A stretch of DNA of 64,000 bases from Bispira polyomma (GCA_965649765.1 OZ287755.1:7626001-7690000), one strand, 5' to 3'. Shown: positions 1 to 14,897, counted from the first letter of the stretch. A program made the numbers and translations. The notes: generated from the sequence alone by a model not told the origin.

Positions 1-2262
1 AAGATACAATAATAATAGTAGGGTGTCAAGTGCTTGCCACGTGCTATATGGTACTGAAAATATACACTTTATTGTCAACTGCCACTTGACATACAAGGTC
101 GTTAAAGGGTTTTTAATAAATGACATATATGTAAACCATGGGCTAAAAACGTGAGCTTGAATATAATTATAATTCTGTTGACCCTTAGAATAAGTATTAT
201 AGAATAAGTATTACAGAACAGGCTCTCTATTATGTGCTCAGCTTTGAATTTAGTTGTGTTGGAAGAAACCAGTGCTAAAACCACTGACCTACAGCAAGCA
301 CTTGACAAACTATCCCACAAACTTACTTCTCATTGTCTCAGTGACAGAATAAAAAAAATAGATATTTAAACCACTTCTACTGGCTTTGCGGCTAGTAGGA
401 TTTCCCTTATAGTTTAACTGGTAGAGCATGAGCCTCATGTTCAAATGGTCGTGGGTACGAAATCACCGTGTGCTCTTCCCTGTGACATATGCTTTAGCCT
501 AAAAAAGTAATAGTTCAAATGCCTGCAAGGATTGCACAAAAGTTCGGAAAAAGGTGCATACTGATCTAAAATAAGAGCTATATTTAATTCTTTTTGTTTA
601 CTTCTAAAAATTCTAAGAATGTCAAATTTGACAGCTTTATAGACCGGTTTCACTGCACTGACCAATCCCTGATATCTCACCGATGTGGATTTAAATCCTC
701 TTTGTTCCTTTGTTACTTTATTTGGGAAAGTTTATCAGGTACATGTCATAGGCTCGGTAATTGTATGTGTGGGTACTAATGAAGAAACATTTGTTGTCAT
801 ACTACAATACCAGTTTATGTATTACTATAATATTTCACCATTAATTCTGACCGTCATGTTATTATCACCAAAGCAGTTAAAAAACAACATAAAACCCAAA
901 TAAGTTTATGAACCTGGCCCTTTAGAAGAGGTTAGAGGTTATTGTTTTTGGTCTGGGTGATATGAAGATCTGTTTACTTCCGTGCCATATATAAGAAACG
1001 AAGACAGCCTTCGGCAAACCTAAGCTACACCAACTCCGAGATCAGCGATCATTTGCATACAGCGAACACAGAAGACACTGCTCGGGGATGTATGACCTGA
1101 TTTGCATACAGCAAACACTGCTCGGCAACAGAAGCTACACCGACTCTAAAAATATGAAATATCATCATCACAAAAATAGCCATAAGTAAATAATATTTCT
1201 AAAAACTAAATAGAAATGGGGGTATATATTCAACATCATAACCCTAAATCATACTTTAAAGTAAAGTTACTTTACATGCAATAAAATTGACCATTTCTGG
1301 ATGATATACTCCATATATTACATCGGGATGTACACTACCATTAGTGCTAGTTTGTGACGTCATATTGGGGTTAATATATGGAGTATATCAGCCAGAAATG
1401 GCTCATTTTATTGCAAGGTGTATATTACTTCAAAAAATGAAGTTAGGGCTATTATAGTAAATATACACACCATTTCCATAGCCATAAAATGTGCCGTTTC
1501 TGGCTGGTATACCCCATATATTACATCGGAGATGTACACTACCATTAGTGCTAGATAACTTGTAAGGATTTTTTTGCTACATTTCTCTTCTAATTAAATA
1601 TAAATGGGGTGTAGAGTCAACACAATAACCCTAACTTCATATTTAAAAGTAAAGTACACCTTACTCCATATATTAACCCCAATCGCCAATTTGCGAGTCT
1701 GTGATTTAAATTCTGGGGCAAGGTTTTGCGATCTCTGACTGCTATCTGACTTGTTTGAATTTGAATTTAGTTGGGTTTGACGTCACCACTGTCAACACAT
1801 CTTGAGTCATATCACAATGGCCAAATTCAATGGTGTGAAAAACTAGTGCTGAAACTAGTGCTGAAGCCACTGTAAGTTGTTTTACAGGCAGAACTCTCTT
1901 TTACAGTGTCAGTGTTTTTCAACTGTTGTTTTGGTCTTTTTCTTAACATTTGATTGTGCATGTTTATGACAATCATCGCAGTGCTGTGAGGAATTGTGCT
2001 CTCGTGACTGCTGCATATATGTCCAAACAATACAACCTTTATTTGTAGAGATGATTTACAGTGGGAGTGATCAGTTGGTGGAGAATGGTGTTATTGCATT
2101 CACTGGAGCAGACATCCCATCTGCATTGTTTGTTTGTTTCTGTCTTGATTACTTTCAGAAATACCTTTTTTTATCTGACGTGAAATAGTATGTTACACAA
2201 CTCAAAGTTGTGTGCGTGCCATTGTCTGTTGTCATAGTGATAATCCCTTCATAAGGCACCCA

Positions 2263-2480
2263 AGAGGCCGTGGTGGCCTAGTGGTTATAAGCGTCTGCTG
2301 TAAAATCACTGGCCTCTCACCTCTGAGGATAGAATCCCACAGATTCCTTCTTCATGTGATAAAGTTTGTCAGTTACTTGCCATAGGTCGGTCGTTTACAG
2401 TGCTTCAGGGCCAGTTACCTCCACCACTAATCATCGCTATGTGACCATAGCTGTTGAAAGCTGAAATCAAATCAAATTAA
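2263..2480 (+). mobile_element. Older tRNA-derived SINE family B (Meta/RUDI-like core)
   Basis: A box gtggcctagtgg and core tgtgataaagtttgtcagttacttgcc..cctccacc..gttgaaag, which resembles mollusc RUDI/MetaSINEs (from recall, not searched). Related copies at about 15942-16143(+), 21228-21420(-), 61217-61430(-), 63408-63588(-), 12190-12320, 13240-13430, 44330-44460 and 45420-45530. Confidence 0.7.
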
Positions 2481-2593
2481 TAAGACAACCAATTGTTAAA
2501 AATGTCCCAAACTCTTCTCAGTAAAAGTGTCTTTTGAGTAGAAGCAAGTGCACACTTTTCCACGTGAAGAGGTGAGAGGCCAGTGATTGTGAA

Positions 2594-2843
2594 TTTAAAT
2601 TGGGATATTTAACGTCCACTCTAGTACCTGTTTAGGTTATATTGGGACGGGTAGTTGGAAACGCTGGAGGAAACACTGCATACAGTTGATCAAGGTTCTG
2701 CACTGAAACCAGCGGCTCACAGTAAGGCACTACCACCTTTCCCACACAGGCATCGACTGGATTCGAACTCACGCCGCCCAGAGGGGAGAGACCAGTGATT
2801 GTGAAGCGCAATGCTTGCTAACCACTAGGCCACTGCAGCCCCC
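2594..2843 (-). mobile_element. tRNA-derived SINE family A, full length, 15-bp TSD
   Basis: A box TGGCCTAGTGG and B box GTTCGAATCC on the minus strand. TSD gccagtgattgtgaa at 2579-2593 and 2844-2858. Confidence 0.9.
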
Positions 2844-3549
2844 GCCAGTGATTGTGAAGCAGGCACTTTTAATGACTAGGCCACAGCGTCACTTAAAACT
2901 CTAGGTGAATAAACATGATATCGAAAGTGTGTGTGTTTATAAAATAAAAGAATGCAGGTCTTGATACATTACCTACTACATGACACAACTCTACACACCA
3001 CAATCATAAAGACACTGCATAAAAATGTATAAAAACCATAACAATTGATATTTAACATATTTCGATTAGCCAGGGTTCATCAACGCTCTCAACATGCTTG
3101 TGTCGTATCCCGACAAAACTGATTTTTCTTTTATGTAATGGACATAAGATACAAATATAAAGGTTTTCTATAGACTTCTCCCTACACTACACTACACAGC
3201 ACTGCAATTTAAATCTAAAAACTCTGAAATCTCTAAAAATAAAGTTGTGTCTCGTTCTGTTACCTGATATATAATATGTAGCAGAATTATAAGAGGGGCT
3301 TGGGGAACATTCATACCTGACGATGAAAATTGTTCTATTTTATATACGGATTGTATGTAGTGTTTTAGTGTGAATAGTACTGTCGTGCTGTGTTGTTGGC
3401 TTTTGGTAAAGCCTTTCAGATTTACAGATTGAGAGTACTGTTCTTATATGTTATTTATTATATAAAAATGGTATAGCATAACACCACAGTGTTTATACAC
3501 CTTAATTTGAATTTATTTTACTTTGTTTTCTTCCTTCTGACTCATTCAG

Positions 3550-3656
3550 GATAGTCTACATGGACGATGGCTGCAATCCCAAGCAGGGGGTCACCAACCT
3601 GATTGACATCGAGAGGGCCGGTGTGGACGTTGTTATAGGAATGCCCTGCTCCTTAG
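3550..3656 (+). CDS. rGC exon 1 in window (ectodomain: IVYMDDGCNPKQGVTNLIDIERAGVDVVIGMPCSL)
   Basis: ttcag acceptor, gtaagg donor. D-x-x-C and VDVVIGxPCS motifs of ANF-receptor domains. Starts phase 2 and ends phase 1, matching the next exon. Confidence 0.88.
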
Positions 3657-6600
3657 GTAAGGCTACCATTTAAAGCCTCACCCCTTGAAAAAAATATATA
3701 TGTAATAAATAAATATTAATCATCAGCTAAATGCCTAGCAATGTTGGCAATTTAGCTAAAACCTCCTTTTTGCAAAAGTCTTCTTTTGCTATAGCATCGG
3801 TAGTGAGAAGGAAAGGGGTTGCAAAACGTGTCCACAGGCTAAACTCCTAATTATAACCTAAGTATTAAGTTGAGCCATACAAAGTGTGTGTAATTGCTAT
3901 CCAGGGGGTAGTTTTAATTGTCCATTAGGCTTATTGTTGGTGTTTATGGCTGGAAATCTCTGCTAGCTGTGTTTGTGTTCTATTCAGCACTGGGTGTGCA
4001 GTGGTACACAAATCTTAAAGGACAACATATACAAATATGCAAAAAATATGTTAAAAAGGATAACATTTATTTTGATTTTGGCCACTTTGATGACGTCATG
4101 AACAAGTAAATGATGACATTTTCAGTAGATATATTGGCTGTGACATATTGCAAAGTGTTGAAGGTAGTGATTTTTGTCAGAAGTAAGATGCTTATAACAT
4201 CAAACTCCAAAGGTGGCCTTTTTAGACAGATGCCCATAACCCATAAACCACACTTGCATATTAATGTTATTAAGACAATAATAAGTGATATTTAACATTA
4301 AGATTTAACATTAACATTAGGATCAGTTAGGGTAAATAAATAAATTAAAAATGAGAAATATATAAAAAACAAACTCCCAAAAGGGCCATGAAACACATAA
4401 CTAAATAAAACAACAGAACATCAGACTAATAACTAACACTAACGTTTGGCCAACATAGGGCCAAACACACACTAAATGACAAAGGGAAGACAATATCCCA
4501 GTATAAAAGAATATATATCACTTACCTAGAATTCTAAAAATTAACCAATTTCTTTCAAAAATTTCACACCTTTAAAACATTCCTAAAAATCAATCTCTGA
4601 TATTACTTACATTTAAATATGTATATCAAACGTGACTAAAATCAAAGCAAATCTAATAATGTGTGCTTTACAGTAACACATAACAATGGTTGGGAATTTA
4701 TTAGGGTACATATCCATTTGTTTTTAGATAAATTTGGTGCAATGACGCAAACCACAGCCATATTCCCACCCTGTACCGCACCCCCTTTATTTTCAGCACA
4801 GCCTGATTTTGGTGTCACTATACAGGGCGACCAATGATGGAAATAATAGATAATGTCTGTATGGATTAATTGGACTTGGCCAAACTGAGCGGTGTCAGTA
4901 ATATTTCTTACACCTTTTTTAAAAGACAACTCTTGTTCCACTAAGACCCTTTTGCTAAATGTACCTGGTGGGTTTACCCTATCACTGCACGAAGATATGC
5001 CTTTGTTCATTGGGGATTAAAGCATCTCTCCATTTTCCATTTCGAATCATCTTGGATCCAACAAACTACAACACAGAGGTTATATAGTTTTTTTTGCAAA
5101 GATTAAATTTTCTTATCTTAATAGTCAAAGACCTTCTATGAAACACTACCAAGTAAAAGTCACATATATATACACGCATATATAGACAATGGACAGCAAT
5201 CAGAGGCAGCAGCTGCAACAAGGTCTGTTCTTTTTTAACAACATAAACAGTGAGCTTTATTTTGAATCTTCCCTCAGCCACCTCAGTGGATTCTACAATG
5301 CAACACAGGTTTACAAGAGTTTATTGCGACAAAGTCATAAGGAAAATGCCCTTGTAAATGTTTCCAGCGATTTTAACGCACTTCATTTAAGCCAAGCATC
5401 TTCTAAAGGGTCTTCAACAATAGAATCGAACAATCAAGAAGTAAAAAACAACATAGCCAGATCATTCAGATCATCAGGACGGATGTGTGTGTGGTGGTGG
5501 TAGGGGGGGGGGGGGGGGGGGGGTTTACATAAAGATGAAAACACAGAGGTTATATCAACATCAAACAATCTTACTTCATAAAACATAGGCAATACTTTCT
5601 GAATTTTGTTAGTTAGCCATAACCCTAGGTTGTAAAACAGGGACATTAACAATGACTGGTTCTCAGTTTTTATAAAGAGGTGAATAAGGATTTACTGTTC
5701 ATTCAAATAAAGCTGTCAATTCAGATAAAAGTTGTCAACCCTTTTACAGTCACAAACGTTTTTCCTGTACATTGAAAGTTTTAACCATCCGCAAGATGTT
5801 TTTTTATAATCCCAAAAATTTGCTTCCGTTTAAGGAAACTGTTTTTTCGACTAAAAGTTAACAACAACAGCATTAAATGCAATTCAAGGAATCTGCCACA
5901 CTAGTTTTAATGACTGGGTAAGGACTGGACTCTGATGATGAACCTTATTCTTCTAGTGAATTATTCTTTTGGCATGTACACCCACAGAGGATGCCTGGTC
6001 ATCAATTGTAGTGCTGTAGACATCTAAACATTAACGACCTAACCAGGAATTAGGTCCATTGTTCTAGCATGTGAATATTAGGTACAAGCGGATGCATAGT
6101 GACTCAGATGACCAATTAAATAGAGGTGTCCTCTGTCAATGGGCCCTAAACTCTAGATCCTTGGGGTGCATTGACATATAGTGTCATATTTAAGCCTTTT
6201 ATCCTCAGCCTCAGGGACTTAACCCGTCCCCCCCCCCCCCCCTAGGTTGTAGGCTTGCAGCCAACAGTATTTGTTACCCCCAGATTCTATCGCTGTATTA
6301 TGCAACAGACAACTTCAAAAATATTATTATAGTTTTCTTCACTTCCTCGCAATAGAAATTTGTTAGTATAGCAGAATTCAGCAGTGTTCTGGGGTGTGTG
6401 TTTTAGTGAATCAGCAGTGTTCTGGGGTGTGTGTTTTAGTGAATTCAAATATCTGCTATATCTATCGTATTAGCTAAAAAATCTCTTTCAGTTTCAAGTG
6501 ATAGTTTTGTGTTGGTGTCAAATGGTGTTATAATAGTGCTTTTTGGCTGTAATTGGCTGCAATTGTAATTGTCACAACTATGTTAATTTTTATGGCATTG

Positions 6601-6666
6601 AATCCCACATCACTGATTGTAAGTATATTAATGCAATACAAAAAAATGCAATACTAAACATATTAG

Positions 6667-6828
6667 CTATGGGAAAGGTGGTAGTTCCTTACTGTGGGCC
6701 CTTGTTTTAGTGCAGAACCTTGAGCAACTGTATGCAGTGTTTCTTCCAGCATTTCCAACTACCCATCCCAATATAACCTAACAGGTACTAGAGTGAACGT
6801 TAAATATCCCAATTTAAATTTAAAATTT
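6667..6828 (+). mobile_element. SINE family A, 5'-truncated
   Basis: Matches the 3' two-thirds of the other copies (gggaaaggtggtagttccttactgtggg...gttaaatatcc). Confidence 0.85.
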
Positions 6829-9800
6829 GTGTTGTTTTTGAAAATAACTGCCTGAAAAAGGCTAGCTTGTGGTGGTTGTGGGGGGGGGGGGGTTCTTGTC
6901 CCTTTCCTTAAGTTTTCTTTATGTGGGCCCTTTGTGTGACAAGTAAGGGACATTTGTATGGGACATGTGTAACAGCTTGTTTAACAAACGGGAAGCGGAG
7001 TGTCTATTACAAATAGAGGGACACACATGAAAGCGATTGCTATTGCAGTGCTTTTTATATAGATTTACATTGAAAGAGGTTGTTTGGGGTGGGTTTTTTG
7101 TGTTTACCTGAAAAAAGCCAGTTAGTGCATAAGCGCCCCATCTCCCCCCACATAGGTGTAGCCATTAGCTTTGTTAGAATAAGCAGAACAGAAGTGTGTA
7201 AAGAAAGGAAAAAACAAAGAATGAGGTAATTGGCATCACAAACACACGCCACCTGTAGGCAGGTAATAAAGCCATCAGTGTTACGTAGTGTTCGATAATG
7301 TTTGCCGCCATTTTTTTCCAAAATAGATAAAGTGAAAAAAAAAACATTCCTGAAACTAGACCATTGAAGTCTTGGAGAACAGAGTAAAAATATATCGATA
7401 TTGTGAATTGTCCACAAAAGGGGATATATTTGAGCTAAGCTTATACAGTAGATTAAGTTTTATCTCGGTCAAAGAGGTTAGCATTTTACCTGTGTCAATT
7501 TGCCATTTTATTTTGTTACCAATATAGTCCGATTTTGAGTATTTTTGGGTTTTACATCACCTTCAACAGCTTTGGAATATATATTTTTTCAATTGTTAGT
7601 ACTGTGGCGTCTTTGTGTTGGTATGCATTCTACTAATATGACACCCGCGCATTTATGGCATTTAGCCCGTCGCAAAGAGATTGCCCAATGTAACCATTTA
7701 AAACTTGCAAGATATGTGCTGACTAAGCGGAGAAAATTGCATGGCGGACGTAAAAGTGAGAGGCGCCCATTAAAGATGTACAAACTGTACAGACAAAAAA
7801 TTGTATATTATTAATTGTAACGTGTAATTGTTCAACATAAAATTGACCACATTTGTTGTGCCTAAAATCAAAGAGAAATTTATATTGCCATACCCATTGG
7901 CACTACCCATGGATCACTAAAGTGGTAAACTAAATATTTATACAGGTATATTTATATTTACACACAGGTAACAAAACTGTTTCTGTTTATATTGCCTTAA
8001 TTAATAGGAAACCAACTAATGTACTCTGTTAGGTGTAAAGCTAGTTCTATTTGGGTCTTTTTATGTAACAAAATAATCTAGTGTCTTCTTGCAGGAAGTC
8101 AATGCTCTACATTTGTTTGGTTCTGCTTCTGGTGCTGTCTGAATGGTGGTGTATCTTCACTCCTTTTCAATCCAATGCTCTATCATTGTCCATTAACACA
8201 GCCAAGCTTTAACACCCACACCACCCCACACACACCACATCCCGGTTAGTCGGAAATTGATTGGTCTGATTGCTTTGATGAGGACAATAAAAGGGGGTGG
8301 CTGGTGGGCTTCATGTGGGAATGAAAACAGGTTAAGGGTCGAACATACATGTCTGATTTTGCTTCCGAAGCCGTCATTCGACGTCTCATTCCGTCAGCCG
8401 AAAAAATAAAATCCAAGAAAACAGAACAGTAGGCTACACCGGGCCTTTATCATCTCCGAATCGGGAGCCAAATGTTTAAAATTGGTCCAAAGACCGATTT
8501 TTTTCGGACGACGGATCAAAGGTGAGGCAATGTCATCGATTTTCTGATTAAAAAAAAAACAATTTCAAAACATATATATACTTGAAAAATTCGGAGTTCT
8601 GTAGTTGTACCTTTAGATGTACCTACAAATTCATTCATGGGGGGGGGGGGGGGGGGGGGGGGGTTACTGCAAATGTCCACTATTTATTACAATAGGTTGT
8701 CTCTTGATACAGAATATAAACTAGGATTCTTACAAATTTATATACTTACTTTCTTGATTAAGACGTGTGTGTTTTTTTTTTGCGAACCCAAAAGAAAATC
8801 CACATAGATGAAGTAGAGGTGTGTACACAAGCAACCATATAGTCCTTTGATAACCTTAAGAAGTGTGGCCGCAGGATTTTTTTTAGTGTGTTCCCCATGA
8901 CGTCATACTCTTTTGTTTCCGGTTGTGAGAGTACACCCCCCCTCACCTTCTCCTTGGGTGCAGATGAATTAGAGAGCTCTCTGATGTTCTGTAGTAGGGT
9001 GTTAACCCCCCCTTTCTTTTTGTACTATGAACAGTCACAGCAAACTTTGTGGGCTGCTGTCTTATGTCCACCTTACAAATGAACTCAGGCATGCTAAAAT
9101 TTTATTTTTGTTCTCACATTGTCCAATTGTCCAAACCTAATTCTGACATCACTTTTTTTTTAATTTCCAACCACAGGGGTTCAATTTAAATTTATTTAAA
9201 AAAAAAGAAGCCAGCTTATACTGTCAACATATACACAACTAAAATTCTGTTATTGTTTACACAACCTTAACTTTTTAAACTTTTCACATTAACGGTTAAA
9301 AAGTCGGGTTGTCACCACTGCTAATGGCACCACTGTAACCCTGCAACCAACTCGGCACCAAATAAAATACGTTAATATTTGATTGCCAAATACAAGAGTT
9401 GTTTTAATCTATATGATAATGAAATAATAAAACACCTTCCAAAATGCTAATATATATAAAAATATATTTAAAAATAAGGATTTATTTGGTGTTTTAAATG
9501 ATAATAATCAAACAAAGATTAAGCAGTATGCAGACGAGTGAAATTGAAGGAATAGTTTACTGTGTCAAATCGGAATCACCTAGAAGCAAGCAAGTACAGT
9601 TGTAAAATGGAAACCCAATACGTCCAAAAGTGTGTAACCGGAAGGGGGGGGGGACTGCAGCAGAAAGTAGTGACCTTGAACACATGAATTTTAAATGTTT
9701 TTTTATGTCGCTTTCAACAGCTTCAGTCATATTCCAATGGCCAGATTTAAGACTTAATGTCACCATAACTTGATACCATTCAATATATGATTCAACATCC

Positions 9801-11030
9801 TTATTACATATATAGAAAGGATCACCCTGTTACTTTAATCTTTGAAAGTTATTTTCCATGCAGCATCAGTTCACTAGTCAAGGGCTATTACTAAAATCAG
9901 TTTTAACTAAAATTAGTTACTCCTACTAAGCAATGACGTTGAAGTTTTAACTTAAAGGTAATTATAAAAGTAAGAAGCAAATAGTTTTAAGTTTATTACT
10001 AAACTAGTTCATGATGTAAAACAAGGTAATTGGATGCATGCATACATGTAAGACTATACTATTAACTGGAAGCACTCGTTGTTCATGAAAGCCTTAAAAA
10101 AGGTGGACAAGTTTATGACATGCGACAATAAGATTATGTCCAACCGGTGTACTATTAAAAATAATGTTGTAGCTTGGCTAAAGATTTACTACACACCCTC
10201 CCACCACACTAAAACAAAGCCATACCTGGTCATATTACACTTTTGTACCTGAAGAAAAAAAAGGAATTAAGCTTTTGTTACAAGCAGTAAACACTTCTTA
10301 TTTGCAAAAATGGCTGGGGATGCATACAAATATTGTCTTCATCAAATGGTATGGAGTGGATTCTGTACTCACCCCGTTCTACTCACATGTAATATTTCGA
10401 CAAAAAAATCTCCGGCATGTAACAATAATAAATCAAGTGTCCCCGAGTGCAACACACATGCAAATTACCAAGAAGAATAAAATAATGTTCACATGTATTC
10501 AACATGGCATTTTGATGGTAATAATAATATAACAAATAATATTTTTGGGGGACAAATATAAAATGCACAACTTTGAGCAAAAATAAAATTTTTTTTTTAG
10601 ACATGTTTATATTCATACAAATGTGAAACAGACATTTGTTGATATGCTTTAAACTTATACTCAAGCCTCAATATCAGGTTTCTATATGTATATATATATA
10701 CAATGTATGTGTAACCCTCTTGTTCATTTGATGGTCTTCTACCTGTTAAAAAGTTCACCCTCATTACACCTCTGGACAAGCTCCCACCTTACATTCCATC
10801 CGGTGTAGCTTTCTAAAACATATTTGTTTAAAGATGCACTCCCACTATAGCTGTCTCCCAAGTATTGGTTGATCTTTCGGTGTGTGACTTTTTATCAGGC
10901 AAAGCCTGGTGTTGTTTTCATAATGAAAAGGGTGCCGCCATTAAAAAGAGCGCCGCCATCTTAGAAATAATATGTAAGCTCTTCATAATGATTGTCTGAC
11001 ACAGCCGCCATGTTGGAAATAATATGTAAG

Positions 11031-11423
11031 GCCTTATTGGATTGGTTGGCAGAAATCGACCCAGCTAAATCCCCCCACTTTGAAGACCTAGGTCATATCT
11101 CGACAGACAGTTTTCAGTGCTGGAGGAAACCAGTGTATACCAGTTGGTCAAGATTCTATACTGTAAACCATCGACCAGCGAGATTCAAACTGGTACCATA
11201 GAGGTCAGAGGCTTCCCTGACAATAGCCTTATTGGATTGGTTGGCAGAAATTGACCCGGCTAAACCCCCCCACTTTGAAGACCTAGGTCATATCACGACA
11301 GGCAGTTTTCAGTGCTGGAGGAAACCAGTGTATACCACTTGGTCAAGATTCTACACTGTAAACCATCGACCAGCAAGATTCAAACTGGTACCACAGAAGT
11401 CAGAGGCTTCCCTGACAATAGCT
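11031..11423. repeat. Tandem duplication, 2 x 195 bp (SINE-derived)
   Basis: gccttattggattggttggcagaaat starts at 11031 and 11226. Confidence 0.9.
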
Positions 11424-13451
11424 TAGAGTTGAGCATTTCTTTAAACATTGCATTATCAATATTACCATTAGATCAATCATTGCATATTCAATATTACCAT
11501 TAGATCAATCATTGCATATTCGATATTACCATTACATCGAACATTGCATATTCAATATTAGGATTAAATCACACTTTGCACAGTCAATATTATCATTCAT
11601 CAAAAATACTAGAAATCACAAAGTTGTCATTCTGTATTTTGCATTTAATACGCATGTTATTGATGCGAGCCATTTTTCTAAAGCACAGGAGATTCCTTAG
11701 AAATACAAAAATACACAGGGATGACGGGTTAAGTCATTTAATGACTTGTTATGTCCCTCACACCAGCATGTCCTTATATTCCCAAGCCCTATTAGTTAGT
11801 ACACACTATATATCAGTCCTATTGTACAGGCTCATGAAGCTGAAACAGCTGTCTTCAACAACAAAATACCTAATGAGTGCTTATATGAGTTTAAGGATCG
11901 AAAGGGTGTGTGCTCTGTCTAGTGTGTGGACTAGAAGAATGTAACAATCAATAAGGGAATAAGTGTCAGAAGGTGGTGGGGTGGGGGGGGGGGTCTGTGG
12001 AGTGGGTGAGTTGAGACACTGGCACGAGCCTGGTAATCATTATGTGACCATCTGTATTACCCAGATAGGTAAGGTCAAAGACAAAATAGGCAAAAAAAGA
12101 AAGGCATTGGTCATTTTTTGACGTGCTTGATCTATATAAAAGGTTGATAAATTCCTAATAATAGATATCTATTAAGTTGTGTAGTCTGACCCAAAGTTTC
12201 TCAGGTACTTGTCATAGGTTAGTGGCTCACAGTGGCTTTAGTACTTGCGTCTTTCGGCATTGTTATGTGACCGAAGTTGTTCAAAGCGATGTAAAACCTA
12301 ACTAAAATCAAATTAAACTCAAACTTCTGATACTGTTATCCCTCACAGCGTTTATGATGTTATATTCCACCCAGCAAACTGCAAGTCTTGTGGTCTAGCA
12401 TGCAAATTTTGGTAGTAGGTCATTTGTCCAATTTTTTAGTAGGTCATTGGATAATTACACAAGGTCAATTACATATCACAGTACAACAAATATAGTGTGT
12501 GTTTGTGAGTTTTTATCAGGCTCACAGTAATAGTGTCTTCATTTTATAAAGGGCTCAGCCATCTTTGAAATAATATGGAAGCAATCGACTTATCCAAACT
12601 GAGAGGTGTCAGACTATTATTGTGAGGCCCAGCTGAGGGGTGTCAGATTTGCCGGAGTATATAGTGGCCATATCAACGTTAGTGTATTTCACACTGTGCG
12701 CATGTCTCTTTTTAAAAGACAAGTCTTGTGTGTGTTTTTGCAATTTCAGCTAGGTGACATTGTGGTACAATAAAAAACCCCGGTTGAGTAGGTAATTATT
12801 GTTATTACCTTGTATTGGATGTCTTCACTAGGTGTTGTGTTAACCAGGCATCGTTAGGACATACCCACAATACGTGAGAGAAACAGAAGGTATGCCATAA
12901 GTAGGTCAATGCCTTTGCAAGTAGATTTATGCCAGTGCTAGGGTACATGTTTATGGGCACATGAAATGTCAGTGGTTGGCATATATTTTGAACTAACATT
13001 TTGTAATCATTGCTGTTGTTGTTTTTAAGGGCGCCACCTTTGCAAAAGGGCCCTACCGTCTTTAATACTATAATATAGAAATATCTTAACGTTTGATATT
13101 GATTAGTATCTTTGGGTTTTTACACTAACTTTCATCTTGTGGGATATCATGATGTGACAGCCAGTGTTACTTGTAGAGGAGACCAGTACGATATAAAGGA
13201 ATCTATTGTATTGCCTCCACTAAGAAAGCAACTATGAATTAGTTGGGTTTTACACTGTTTTGAAAAGCTTCGGCCATATCACAACAGCCAGATTTAATTG
13301 TAAAAAAACCAGGGCTGAAGCACTAAAAAATACAAACGAGCTACGCAAGCAGTTGACAAACAGGATTCAAACCAACATTGGTGAGAGGTCAGATATCGTG
13401 AACCCACACTATGAACCACTAGGAAGCCACCACATCCACTGTGTTGTGTCC

Positions 13452-13704
13452 TTTTTTTTTATTTGGATGTTTAACGTCTACTCTAGTACCTGTTTAGGTT
13501 ATATTGGGACAGGTAGTTGGAAACGGTGGAGGAAACACTGCATACAGTCGGTCAAGGTTCTGCACTGAAACCAGCAGCCCACAGTAAGGAACTACCACCT
13601 TTCCCACATAGGCATCGACGGGATTCGAACTCACGCCGCCCAGAGGTAAGAGACCAGTGATTGTGAAGCGCAATGCTTGCTAACCACTAGGCCACCGCGA
13701 CCCC
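13452..13704 (-). mobile_element. SINE family A, full length, TSD ctgtgttgtgtc
   Basis: Same A/B boxes and body. TSD at 13439-13450 and 13708-13719. Confidence 0.9.
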
Positions 13705-14897
13705 TCCCTGTGTTGTGTCACCAATATTGCACAAATAATGAGCCAGGGAAGAATCTTTTGAAGCAGATGCAGTAAAGCTAAGAAAACTCCTTTGATATGC
13801 CAAAACATATGCATAACCAATTATAACCTGTTTGTGACGTTAAACTCCTGCACATCTAATAGTCTACCTGTTTGAGCTTGAATCACGTTTTAGTTTTAGG
13901 AAACTCTCCCTGTACAACCACACATCCTTTCTTTCACACCTTGGCTAGGTTTTTGAACTTCTCTATTGGTTAACTTATCCTGTTTTTGAGCTGTTTAGAA
14001 GATGCCTCACATCAATAAGTTAAATGTTAAAAAATCCAAAAATACAATACTACAATACTTTAAGTTTGCTAGTCTGGTATTTATTGCTACCAGACTAATT
14101 AACGAGAAACACACAAGAGTAGCAGCGTCATCATGGCAGTAAGTACTTCTGTCTGTGGATATCATACACCATATCCATAACTGGACAGAATGCAAACAGA
14201 CAAATAGTTTGATCAGAATTAATGGGGACAATCTCTGAAGTGAACAAATCAATTACAAAAGAGTACTTGGGGATAATGACTGACAAATGAGGGTTTATTT
14301 CTTTTAATTTGAAGGAAAACATTTAGATGCATATATACTAGTTTCTTTCAATCTTCTTTCTTAAGTATAACATATAACATCCACAGTGAAATGTGACATT
14401 CTTGTAATCAAGTAGATTTTGATGTTATTATATACCATAGAGTTTAGCACTGGTAATAGACTTATATATTTAGTACACTAGAATTTCAATTTTATAGCCC
14501 ACACATTTATTAGTAATATTTTATTGAAGTTTTTTTCAGAATTAAAACACGGCTATGTTTTTTTTTACTTCTTGTTAGGTTAATTGATTCTGTTGTAGCA
14601 CTTTAGAAGATGCCTGGCATCAATAAGACGCCTTAAAAATGCAAACTACAATGTACAGTACTATAACTGGGCTTTCATTAGAGGTCAGTCTGAGTCTGTA
14701 ACATCACAATGGTCCAAGATGTTAGGGAGTTCGTCTGGCCATCAAAAACGCCACAGTTTAACTCATGGGGATGAATTGTCAGGCTTGACCTGGACTCAAA
14801 CATTTGAATCCAAGGGACACACATTTCTGGCTAGAGTAGACATATAATTATAAGATGTAACTATCTGTTTACGTAAATTCAGTGCTGAGGGCTCCAT

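Noticed and set aside
1778-1809. CRE (TGACGTCA) and AP-1 (TGAGTCA) motifs as a promoter
   Set aside because: They lie within a reverse-oriented SINE-tail remnant, and nothing supports a transcription start here.
1994-2188. Possible N-terminal rGC exon
   Set aside because: No signal peptide or ANF-domain motif and no convincing phase-2 donor.
4642-5652. ORFs of 70-120 aa on both strands
   Set aside because: No recognisable domain. They may be a decayed repeat but cannot be supported without a search.
5503-8663. Poly-G and poly-C runs (5503, 6226, 6879, 8639)
   Set aside because: Simple homopolymers of unreliable length with no structural context.
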